From: an uncultured Pelagibacteraceae bacterium
GTDB lineage: Bacteria > Pseudomonadota > Alphaproteobacteria > Pelagibacterales > Pelagibacteraceae
NCBI GenBank assembly: GCA_902554765.1
Contig: CACDPY010000003.1
Span: 1,175-65,174, forward strand
Direction: 5' to 3'
DNA length: 64,000 nt
The stretch's first letter is position 1. Each line of letters opens with the position of its first letter. A program made the position numbers and the translations under genes. The notes under the pieces are model-generated. The model saw nothing but the letters and a program-made list of their open reading frames with translations. It did not search any database and was not told the origin of the DNA. Below, piece by piece: positions 18,255-26,895 of the stretch.

Positions 18255-19655
18255 ATGACTGATCAGTTAGGTGCTCTTACAACAATATTTACAGAATTTT
18301 ACTACTGGGTAACAGTGGTATTGATGTTTTTAATTCACGTCGGTTTCTGTATGTATGAAGTTGGAGCTTCTCGATACAAACATCACCAACACACTCTTAT
18401 GAAAAATACAATGCTAATACCATTGGTAACAGTAACTTGGTTTTTCTTTGGTTGGTGGATTTACTGGGCATTCCCAACAGGACCGGGAATAGCACCTTCA
18501 ATAATGAATGAAAGCACAGCTCTTATCACTGATGAGAGTACTTTTAGTGCTAAATGGTACTTGGCTAACACAGAGTATATGGCGATTAACTTGGGTGACC
18601 ACATAAGTGGTGTATTCTGGGCTGCGTTCTTACTATTCTCATGGACAGCTGCTTCTATAGTTTCAGGAGCAATCATTGAAAGAATAACAACTTTTGCATT
18701 TGGTATTTTAGCAATTGCTATTGGATCTGTTTTTTGGACAATTGATGCTGCTTGGGGATGGCACTTTGATGGATGGATGCTTAAAATTTTAGGATACCAT
18801 GATGCTTATGCGTCAGGAGTAATTCACGCAATCGCAGGTGGATTTGCTTTAGGTGTTCTATGTGTTTTAGGACCACGAATTGGTAAATTCTCATCAAGTG
18901 GTGAACCAAGAAATATAGGACCAAGAAACCCTTGGCTAGTTACAGTTGGATTATTTTTAATTTATACTGGTTTCTGGGGATTTTACGCGGCATGTAATAT
19001 ACCAATCTTTGACCTTGGACCCGAATATGGGATGGAAGGTGTAACTTATTGGACAGCTACAAACATATACGTAACCCCTACTACACTTAGTGGTATTACT
19101 TTTAATTTCTTGATGTCGTTATCAGGTGGATTATTAGCTGGTTATTGGATTGCTAAAGGTGATCCATTCTGGACATACTCAAGTGGACTAGCAGGTGTTA
19201 TCTGTGCTTCAGCTGGAAATGATTTATATCATCCAATTCAAGCAATGATTATTGGTATGATCGGTGTTGTGATTGCATACAAACTACATTACTGGGTTGA
19301 GCGTAAGTTCAAAATTGATGATGCAGTTGGTGCAGTAGCAGTACATGGTTATGCTGGTTTTGTTGGTTTAGTAATTTGTGGTTTTGTCTTAAATGGTTAT
19401 CCATCATCTGGTTACAGTGTTGGCGCTATGTGGGACGGAACAACTTATGCATCAATTAATCCATTGGGGCAATTCTTAGGAGCAATAATAATGTTTGGTG
19501 TTCTTGGAATGCTACCAGGTTATGTGATAGCTAAAGTACTTCATGGAATGGGTAAATTAAGAATCCCACGAGATGTTGAAATAGCTGGACTTGACTATGA
19601 AATGATGGAATCTGCTAAGAAAGATGAAAGAGCAGTTTCATCCGCAACCAGGTAA
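18255..19655 (+). CDS. amt: Ammonium transporter (Amt) family channel, atypical
   Basis: GFCMYEVG, SGAIIER, twin His (GVIH; DDAVGAVAVHG), LGPRIGKF, GLD. Confidence 0.9.
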   Translation: MTDQLGALTTIFTEFYYWVTVVLMFLIHVGFCMYEVGASRYKHHQHTLMKNTMLIPLVTVTWFFFGWWIYWAFPTGPGIAPSIMNESTALITDESTFSAKWYLANTEYMAINLGDHISGVFWAAFLLFSWTAASIVSGAIIERITTFAFGILAIAIGSVFWTIDAAWGWHFDGWMLKILGYHDAYASGVIHAIAGGFALGVLCVLGPRIGKFSSSGEPRNIGPRNPWLVTVGLFLIYTGFWGFYAACNIPIFDLGPEYGMEGVTYWTATNIYVTPTTLSGITFNFLMSLSGGLLAGYWIAKGDPFWTYSSGLAGVICASAGNDLYHPIQAMIIGMIGVVIAYKLHYWVERKFKIDDAVGAVAVHGYAGFVGLVICGFVLNGYPSSGYSVGAMWDGTTYASINPLGQFLGAIIMFGVLGMLPGYVIAKVLHGMGKLRIPRDVEIAGLDYEMMESAKKDERAVSSATR

Positions 19656-19667
19656 AGGAGATAAAAT

Positions 19668-19898
19668 ATGGCTACAGTTACAAACTGGATCGATCACCTA
19701 AACAAACCTGCTGAGGAAGTTGCAGGGGCTGTTTATCCTGGTGCTGGATCAATGGAAACGACACTAGTTATTATTGGTATCGTTTTATGGTTAGGTTGGC
19801 ATGTCTTGACTGCAAGATCTGAAAGTGATGAACTTGAAAGATTGTCAAGAAAAAGACATGGTGCTAATGATCATAAAAGCAATGTTACCGAATGGTAA
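19668..19898 (+). CDS. Small single-TM hypothetical protein
   Basis: AAGGAG RBS directly after the amt stop; TM helix LVIIGIVLWLGWHVL. Confidence 0.75.
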   Translation: MATVTNWIDHLNKPAEEVAGAVYPGAGSMETTLVIIGIVLWLGWHVLTARSESDELERLSRKRHGANDHKSNVTEW

Positions 19899-19913
19899 TT
19901 TAAAATAAAATTT

Positions 19914-19943
19914 GGGCGCTACTTAATTGTAGTGCCCTTTTTT
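19914..19943 (+). terminator. Intrinsic terminator ending the glx/amt operon
   Basis: GGGCGCTAC-TTAATT-GTAGTGCCC followed by TTTTTT. Confidence 0.85.
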
Positions 19944-19958
19944 AATTCATAATCTTAA

Positions 19959-20114
19959 ATGTCTGAAAAAAATAATAACGAAGAATTAAGACCAACTAAA
20001 ATGCGTGGGGTTGCATTCCCTAAAGCAAAATATGGAGTTATATTAGCAGTGATTATAATTATTGTTGTAAATATTATATATTACAAAGAAAGTATTTTTT
20101 CTTTTTTTAAATAA
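19959..20114 (+). CDS. Unannotated 51-aa membrane protein
   Basis: Manual translation MSEKNNNEELRPTKMRGVAFPKAKYGVILAVIIIIVVNIIYYKESIFSFFK*; fills the gap before gmaS. Confidence 0.6.
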   Translation: MSEKNNNEELRPTKMRGVAFPKAKYGVILAVIIIIVVNIIYYKESIFSFFK

Positions 20115-20131
20115 CTATGATAATTTAATTC

Positions 20132-21457
20132 ATGCCAAAAAACTTATTCAAAATTGCTAAAGAAAAAAAAATAAAATATTTTTTAATTAGCTTTGTAGAC
20201 TTGTTTGGAGTATTAAGGTCAAAATTAGTCCCAACACGAGCCATTAAAGAAATGCAGGAAGCTGGTGCTGGCTTTGCTGGTTTTGCGGCATGGTTAGATA
20301 TGTCTCCAGCAGACTCTGACATGTTTGGTATTCCAGATCCTGATAGTCTTATTCAATTACCATGGAATAAAGAAGTGGGTTGGTTAGCATCAGATCTTTG
20401 GATGAATGGAAAACCTGTAGAAGCATCTCCAAGAATAATGCTAAAAAATCAAATTAAAAGATTAGAGAAAAAAGATCTGATAATGAAGTCAGGAGTTGAA
20501 TGTGAGTATTTTCTGATTTCACCAGATGGGAATTCAATAGCAGATCCACGAGATACTCAATCAAAACCTTGTTATGATCAATCAGCACTAATGAGAAGAT
20601 ATGATTTAATAAAAGAAATATGTGACTGTATGATTGAAATGGGATGGGGACCTTATCAAAATGACCACGAGGATGCTAATGGCCAATTTGAAATGAATTG
20701 GGATTATGATGATTGTTTAATAACTGCAGATAGACACACTTTTTTTAAGTTCATGGTAAAAACAATTGCTGAAAAACATGGATTAAGGGCTACATTTATG
20801 CCTAAACCATTTGAAAATTTAACTGGCAATGGATGTCATGCTCACATTTCTGTTTGGGATGGAAAAATAAATAAATTTTTGGATAAGTCAGATAATTTAG
20901 GTTTAAGTAAAATGGCTTACAATTTTCTTGGTGGAGTTATAAAAAATGCATCTTCATTATCTGCTTTTTTTAATCCTACAATTAACAGTTATAGAAGAAT
21001 AAATGCTCCTCCAACAAAATCAGGAGCATCATGGTCACCAAGTAGTATTTCTTATACTGGCAATAATAGAACTCATATGATTAGAATTCCCGATCCGGGA
21101 AGATTTGAATTAAGATTAATGGATGGATCAGCAAATCCTTATTTATTGCAGGCAAGTGTATTAGCTGCGGGTTTGGATGGTTTAAAAAATAAGATTGATC
21201 CAGGTAAACCACTTAATTGCAATATGTATGAAGATCATGAAAAATATCCTGATCTTCCAAAACTTCCAAATGAATTAGATCAATCACTAGCAGAACTTAA
21301 AAATAATAAAGATATTAATGATGCTTTCGGTAAAGAAGTAATAAACAGTTATATCAAGCTAAGAAATTCCGAACTTAAAGAATTCAAACAGAAAGAAACT
21401 TTTGATAAAACCAAACCTATTACTAGGTGGGAACAAGATAATACGCTAGACTGTTAG
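20132..21457 (+). CDS. gmaS: Gamma-glutamylmethylamide synthetase (type III glutamate--ammonia ligase GlnT)
   Basis: IKYFLISFVDLFG, GAGFAGFA, KPCYDQSALMR, DHEDANGQFE, SGASWSP, NNRTHMIR. Confidence 0.87.
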   Translation: MPKNLFKIAKEKKIKYFLISFVDLFGVLRSKLVPTRAIKEMQEAGAGFAGFAAWLDMSPADSDMFGIPDPDSLIQLPWNKEVGWLASDLWMNGKPVEASPRIMLKNQIKRLEKKDLIMKSGVECEYFLISPDGNSIADPRDTQSKPCYDQSALMRRYDLIKEICDCMIEMGWGPYQNDHEDANGQFEMNWDYDDCLITADRHTFFKFMVKTIAEKHGLRATFMPKPFENLTGNGCHAHISVWDGKINKFLDKSDNLGLSKMAYNFLGGVIKNASSLSAFFNPTINSYRRINAPPTKSGASWSPSSISYTGNNRTHMIRIPDPGRFELRLMDGSANPYLLQASVLAAGLDGLKNKIDPGKPLNCNMYEDHEKYPDLPKLPNELDQSLAELKNNKDINDAFGKEVINSYIKLRNSELKEFKQKETFDKTKPITRWEQDNTLDC

Positions 21458-21460
21458 AAT

Positions 21461-22588
21461 ATGACAATTTTATCTAATGGCCATTTGTGGAAACACAGTG
21501 AGTTTATTGAAAATAAAAATTTTTCTTTTAATAAAAACAAAATTTTAAGCTCATTATCTAAAAAAGATATTGATGATGCTTACTTAAGTATTTCTAGTTG
21601 GGAAGGGTATTCTCCAACACCACTAATTGAATTAAATAAACTTTCAAAAGAACTAAACTTAAATAAAATTTTTTATAAAGATGAAAGTAAAAGATTTGAC
21701 CTTAAATCTTTTAAAGCTCTTGGTGGGGCTTATGCAGTAGAAAAAGTTTCTAAAGGAAATAAAGATATTGTAGTTGCAACTGCAACAGCAGGTAACCATG
21801 GTAGGTCTGTTGCTTGGGGAGCAAGAAGACTTGGGCTTAAATGTAAAATTTTTATTAGTGAGTTTGTGAGTGATGCTAGAGGACAAGCAATGGCTGACCT
21901 TGGTGCTGATGTTGTAAAAGTCAAAGGGAATTATGAAAAATCATTAATTGAGTGCATTAAACAATCAACGGATAATAACTGGCAAATAGTTCAAGATGTT
22001 GCCTGGAAAGATTACATGATTGTTCCAAAATATACCATGGCAGGTTATACGGTTATGATGAAGGAAATTGTTGATCAGATTAACAAAAATAAAATTACTC
22101 ATATAATTTTGCAAGCAGGTGTGGGTGGCATGGCAGGAGCAATGGTAGCAGGTATAGCAAGATATCTTGATAATGTCCCAACTACTATAACTGTAGAGCC
22201 AGATAGTGCGGCATGTGTATTAGAGAGTATTAGAACAGGTAAAATAGAAAAAATTGATATTAAAAGAGAAAGCTTAATGGGTGGAATGTCATGTGGAGAA
22301 GTATCATTGGTCCCATGGAGCATTTTAAAAAATTCTGTTAAATATTGTATTAGCTTACCTGATGATGATATTGCAAAAACAATGAAATTACTTGGAAATG
22401 CAAGTTTTAGTAAAGAGAAAATAATTGCTGGAGAAAATTCTGCTCCTGGCGTAATCAGTTTAATTACAAGTTGTGAGGATGAAAAAATAAAAGAAAAAAT
22501 TGGATTAAATAAAGACTCAAATGTAATGTTAATTGGTTGTGAGGGAGATACAGACCAGAAAATGTATCAAAAACTAATAAATCAATAA
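21461..22588 (+). CDS. Diaminopropionate ammonia-lyase (PLP-dependent)
   Basis: KDESKRFDLKSFKALGG, TAGNHGRSVAW, QAGVG, GCEGDTD. Confidence 0.85.
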   Translation: MTILSNGHLWKHSEFIENKNFSFNKNKILSSLSKKDIDDAYLSISSWEGYSPTPLIELNKLSKELNLNKIFYKDESKRFDLKSFKALGGAYAVEKVSKGNKDIVVATATAGNHGRSVAWGARRLGLKCKIFISEFVSDARGQAMADLGADVVKVKGNYEKSLIECIKQSTDNNWQIVQDVAWKDYMIVPKYTMAGYTVMMKEIVDQINKNKITHIILQAGVGGMAGAMVAGIARYLDNVPTTITVEPDSAACVLESIRTGKIEKIDIKRESLMGGMSCGEVSLVPWSILKNSVKYCISLPDDDIAKTMKLLGNASFSKEKIIAGENSAPGVISLITSCEDEKIKEKIGLNKDSNVMLIGCEGDTDQKMYQKLINQ

Positions 22589-22596
22589 AAGATTTA

Positions 22597-23058
22597 ATGA
22601 AAAAAATTCTCAAAAAAAAAGTTGATAATCTAGATTTTTATAAAATTTTTAAACCAGAACTAACACCAAAAAAAATGATGGAGTTAGGTGTTTTTGGAGG
22701 TGCTTATTTTGGATTGAATGTAAAAGAATATCCAAAAACATGGTTTAAAAATGTAACTCTAAGTAAAACCTTTGATGTAAACTTAAACAGGTTCAAGATC
22801 GTATCAGGATTATCTAGAGAACATTGGATTGAAAAAGGATGGATTTTTAAAGAAGATCCTCTAGGTTGGTTTCAATGGTATTGTAGATTTACTAATGGAA
22901 GACGAATTCCTCATATTGACGAAATTCAAATTAAAAGATGGAAAAATTTTAGAAGGCACGTTTTAGCAATTGAAAAAAATTGTGAAAAAGGTGATTTAGG
23001 ATGCAGAAAAAGACAAAGGCAGGCTATTTTACAATGGGCTTACAATCCTTATAGATAA
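22597..23058 (+). CDS. Conserved hypothetical protein
   Basis: Motifs LTP..M..LGVFGG.YF, DPLGWFQWYCR, GRR..DE.QI.RW, RQRQA.LQWAY. Confidence 0.75.
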   Translation: MKKILKKKVDNLDFYKIFKPELTPKKMMELGVFGGAYFGLNVKEYPKTWFKNVTLSKTFDVNLNRFKIVSGLSREHWIEKGWIFKEDPLGWFQWYCRFTNGRRIPHIDEIQIKRWKNFRRHVLAIEKNCEKGDLGCRKRQRQAILQWAYNPYR

Positions 23059-23064
23059 AAAATA

Positions 23065-23484
23065 TCAGTCACCTAAAAAATGAAATGTTATTTTTCTTGA
23101 TTGAGAGTTCAAACGATGTTCAAAAAGGTATAAGCCTTGCCAAGTCCCAAGTATAATTTCACCATCTTTAATACTAAGAGTAATTTGATTATTTGTTAAA
23201 GATGACTTTATATGAGAAGGCATATCATCTTTACCTTCTGCTGTATGAGTATAAAGAGAATTATCCATTGGAGCTATCTTGTTAAAAAAATTTATCAAGT
23301 CTATTTGTACATCGGGATCTGCATTTTCTTGAACAATCAATGATGCACTAGTGTGTTGAATATTTAAATTCAATACACCATTTTTAAATTCATTTTTTTT
23401 TATCCAATCAATTGTTTGGTCAGTGAACTCATAAAGTTTTTGACCTTTAGTGTTTATTATTAAATCAAAAAATTTTTGTTTCAT
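23065..23484 (-). CDS. yjbQ: YjbQ/UPF0047 family protein
   Basis: HTSASL..QENADP, DMPSHIKSSL, LGTWQG...EH. Confidence 0.9.
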   Translation of the reverse strand: MKQKFFDLIINTKGQKLYEFTDQTIDWIKKNEFKNGVLNLNIQHTSASLIVQENADPDVQIDLINFFNKIAPMDNSLYTHTAEGKDDMPSHIKSSLTNNQITLSIKDGEIILGTWQGLYLFEHRLNSQSRKITFHFLGD

Positions 23485-23487
23485 ATT

Positions 23488-24534
23488 CTAATTATAATTC
23501 ATCGAAGTTAACTCATACAAACGGCTGATTGTTCTTTTAAAAGGTTCTTTTATACTTTTTGCAGAATTAATTTTATCTAAATTTATATTAGATGTAATCA
23601 TTAAAGGTATTTTTTTCTCATAAATTATATCAATAAAAGTTATAAATCTTTGTTGTTGATTTGAATTATCTTCATTGAAATCAGGTAAATTTTCAATAAA
23701 AATAAAATTACAATTATTTGCAATACTTATATAATCTTCAGATCCTAAATTTCTTTCACATAATTCCTTGAAATCAAATTTTACTATTCCCTCAAAAAAA
23801 CTTTTCATTTCTAATTTACGTCCTTTTATCTCTAAAACTTTTTTTGTTTTATTTCTATTTTTCGTAATTCCCCTAAAAAATTTATTAAATTTAAAATTAT
23901 TAGATTGAATAATTGGAGACAAAAATCTATCTAAATTTTTATTTTTACTGGAACGATAATCATCATTAATGATTAATTCTTTTTCATTTGAGTGATTTTC
24001 TAAAACTTTTAAAAAAGGGATAAATTGATCTCTTTGTAAACCATCCTTATAAAGATCTTTTATTCTTATATTTGATGAAAAAATTACTTTTATATTTGCT
24101 TCAAATATTTTTTTAAATAATTTACCTAAAATCATCGCATCAACGATATTAGTAACCTGAAATTCATCAAAATATATTATCTTAACTTTTTTACTCAAGT
24201 CTCTCACAAATAAATCTATTCCATTTTTTTCATTCTTATTATCAAAAATAAAATTATGAAATTTAATCATAAACTCATTAAAATGAAGTCTAAGTTTTCT
24301 TTCACTTATATTATTAAAGAAAAAATCTAATATCATCGTTTTACCTACACCAACATCTCCAACAAGATAAAAAGCTAATTTGTTTCTTTTATTTTTAAAA
24401 AATTTAGTTAATAAATTTTGATTGAAATTATTTTTGTAATAATCATTTAAATTATCAATTATCTTTAATTGATTTTTATTAATTTCAAAATTATTATTTT
24501 TACAATATTTTAAAAAAGAAAAACTTAAATTCAT
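23488..24534 (-). CDS. zapE: AFG1/ZapE family ATPase
   Basis: GDVGVGKT, FDEFQV, LYKDGLQR, RF..FID, RTISRL.E. Confidence 0.9.
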   Translation of the reverse strand: MNLSFSFLKYCKNNNFEINKNQLKIIDNLNDYYKNNFNQNLLTKFFKNKRNKLAFYLVGDVGVGKTMILDFFFNNISERKLRLHFNEFMIKFHNFIFDNKNEKNGIDLFVRDLSKKVKIIYFDEFQVTNIVDAMILGKLFKKIFEANIKVIFSSNIRIKDLYKDGLQRDQFIPFLKVLENHSNEKELIINDDYRSSKNKNLDRFLSPIIQSNNFKFNKFFRGITKNRNKTKKVLEIKGRKLEMKSFFEGIVKFDFKELCERNLGSEDYISIANNCNFIFIENLPDFNEDNSNQQQRFITFIDIIYEKKIPLMITSNINLDKINSAKSIKEPFKRTISRLYELTSMNYN

Positions 24535-24959
24535 TTTTTTGTTTTAAAATCTATTCCATACTCTGATCTGGGTCCTTTTCTCAATCCAAATGGTCCAGAG
24601 AGAAATAAAGTTAAAGGTTTGGTGCCTGGCTTAAGATCAACTCTATGTAAGTTATTTGCTGATCTAAATCCAATGTATCCTGGGGGTCTCCAATATCTGC
24701 CTGTCTTTAAAGTTTCCCAGTATCCTCCTCTTAGAATAATAGTAATATAAGGAAATGTATGGTTATGTACACCATCACCATGATCGTCAGCTAACATTTC
24801 GTGTATTAATATATTGAATGGAAACCATTTAGGACGATGTCTTAGAAGAACATAATATCTATTCATCCAAGGTTTAGCCTCATGAAAATTTGGATGTGAT
24901 GGTCCTCTATCTAAAACTACTTTTTTTCTTCCCAACTTATCAAGAAGTTTTAACAGCAT
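24531..24959 (-). CDS. Hypothetical cupin-like protein
   Basis: HNH..P...IILRGGYWE and later HRV, a cupin-type metal ligand pattern. Confidence 0.65.
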   Translation of the reverse strand: MLLKLLDKLGRKKVVLDRGPSHPNFHEAKPWMNRYYVLLRHRPKWFPFNILIHEMLADDHGDGVHNHTFPYITIILRGGYWETLKTGRYWRPPGYIGFRSANNLHRVDLKPGTKPLTLFLSGPFGLRKGPRSEYGIDFKTKK

Positions 24960-24960
24960 T

Positions 24961-26256
24961 TTAATTCAATCTTATTATAGAATTATCTTTTACTAAAAGT
25001 ATCTTTTTATTAAACACAAATGGTTTAGATATTCTATGTTTGTCAATTTTAGATAAACTTTCGGTTTTTCCACTCGCAATATTAATAGTCAAAAGTCTTC
25101 CTTTGTTAGTTGAAAGAAACATCTTATCGTAGCTAAGAACAAAACCGATTGGTTTAATACTTTCCCGCTTTTTTGGTTTAAAAACATTAAATACGTCTGT
25201 AATTCTTACAATATTTCCTGTCATTCTTTCAATTACAAAAAAATATCCCTCATTTGAAACTGTAAATAAAAATTTATCATAAAAAACTGGTCTCACATTA
25301 GAGTTAATTTCTTGCTTCCAATTGATAAGACCGTTTTCTGAATTCATTGAAAAAAATTCATTCCGATTATTCGAAAAGACTAAATTATTTTTTCTTATTA
25401 CTAAATCCGACATTACTAAACTAAATGCATTTTCATAAATTTCACTACTTTGTGTTGGAGTTTGCCAAATTAAAGAACCAGTATTTAAATCAACAGAAAT
25501 TACATCACCTATTGAATTATTAAAAATAACGTTATCATCTTTAATTGCAATTGAATTTATTTTTGTAGACTTTAAGAAGGTATTTTCAGAATTAAATTTC
25601 CATAATTCTGAACCATCCTTAAGAGAAAAACATCTCAATATATTGTTTAAATCAATTGCAACAATTTTATTTTTTGAAATCTTTATTTGAGAATTAAATG
25701 GGTTGAAATTTGTTTTTGACCAAAGCAAATTTCCTGTATTCAAGTTTACAGCATAGAACTTTCCAATATTGTCAAAAATAACTAGGGTATCTCCATTATT
25801 AGCTAAGGTTAATATTGGATTAAGCTTTTTTTCTTGCTTTGAGTAATAATTTTTTTTCCATAATAATTTAAAATTTTCATCAAATTTAAGTATGTTGCCT
25901 TTATCATCAAAAAAAATAAAATTCTTTCCATCAAAACTAATTTCTGGCTCAAAATAATTAAAGTTTTTAATCTTTTTAAATTTGAATTTTGATTGACTTT
26001 TAATCTCTTTATTAATTTCATAAATTCCTAAATCATTTGTAAGATATGCTTTTTTGAAATTTCTTTTATTAAATTTTGATAACTTTAATCTTACGTTAGA
26101 ATTAAATTCTTTTTTTAAAACTTCTTTTTTCTCAAATACAGTAATTAAATTTTTGTCGATTGATTCTATTTTTTCATCTTTAGTCCAAAAATCTATCTTG
26201 GTAAAAGAGCAGCTTACTGAAAAAAATAACGAAATTAATAAAATAATTTTAATCAC
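24961..26256 (-). CDS. PQQ-like beta-propeller lipoprotein (BamB-like)
   Basis: Lipoprotein-like signal (VSC), repeated A.D/N..TG...W blades; follows YfgM-like gene. Confidence 0.8.
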   Translation of the reverse strand: MIKIILLISLFFSVSCSFTKIDFWTKDEKIESIDKNLITVFEKKEVLKKEFNSNVRLKLSKFNKRNFKKAYLTNDLGIYEINKEIKSQSKFKFKKIKNFNYFEPEISFDGKNFIFFDDKGNILKFDENFKLLWKKNYYSKQEKKLNPILTLANNGDTLVIFDNIGKFYAVNLNTGNLLWSKTNFNPFNSQIKISKNKIVAIDLNNILRCFSLKDGSELWKFNSENTFLKSTKINSIAIKDDNVIFNNSIGDVISVDLNTGSLIWQTPTQSSEIYENAFSLVMSDLVIRKNNLVFSNNRNEFFSMNSENGLINWKQEINSNVRPVFYDKFLFTVSNEGYFFVIERMTGNIVRITDVFNVFKPKKRESIKPIGFVLSYDKMFLSTNKGRLLTINIASGKTESLSKIDKHRISKPFVFNKKILLVKDNSIIRLN

Positions 26257-26893
26257 TTAAATCTCTATTAAGTCTTTTTCTTGCCTCTATTAATAAATCT
26301 TGGTTAGCATTCTCTAAATTCACTAATTGATTAAAAAAATCTTTTGATTTTTGTTTTTCATCTTTTGCATAAAAATATTCTGAAATTAAGTATAAAGCAT
26401 GTGATTTCCATACACTCTCAGAATTTATCAATGGATTTAAAATTTTGAGTAAATTATTTTCAGTAATTTCATCAGCATTGAATAGTGCTTTTTTATAAAT
26501 TATTAAATTCTTAATTTCTTCTTCAAGAGATGTTTTATTTATTAAAATATCAAACAATTCGTTAATTTTATTTTTATCGTTAGTTAAATCTTTATCTATT
26601 ATAAAATATAAAGATAATGGTGAGTAAGTCGGATCTTTTTCAAGAACAATTTCTTTTAAATTATTAAAAGTTTTATCTTTGTTGCTTGCTTTGTACTCAA
26701 TTATAGAAAGATTATAAAGATTTGAAATTTTCTTTTTCTTGATATCTTTAAATTCACCATATCCAAAAATAGAAAATACAATTAACAAAAATATTAAAAT
26801 AACGTAGATAATCTTTTTTTTATTTTCTAAAAAAAAATTTTTTATTTTTTCATGACGAGTTTTAGTGTCTATAATTGATACTTCTTCATCCAT
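26249..26893 (-). CDS. YfgM-like TPR membrane protein
   Basis: N-terminal TM helix, helical periplasmic domain, yfgM-bamB synteny. Confidence 0.7.
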   Translation of the reverse strand: MDEEVSIIDTKTRHEKIKNFFLENKKKIIYVILIFLLIVFSIFGYGEFKDIKKKKISNLYNLSIIEYKASNKDKTFNNLKEIVLEKDPTYSPLSLYFIIDKDLTNDKNKINELFDILINKTSLEEEIKNLIIYKKALFNADEITENNLLKILNPLINSESVWKSHALYLISEYFYAKDEKQKSKDFFNQLVNLENANQDLLIEARKRLNRDLSD

Positions 26894-26895
26894 AG

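Noticed and set aside
13010-21457. Calling either GS-family gene the housekeeping glnA
   Set aside because: Both lack the GYEAP Glu-flap and sit in methylamine context
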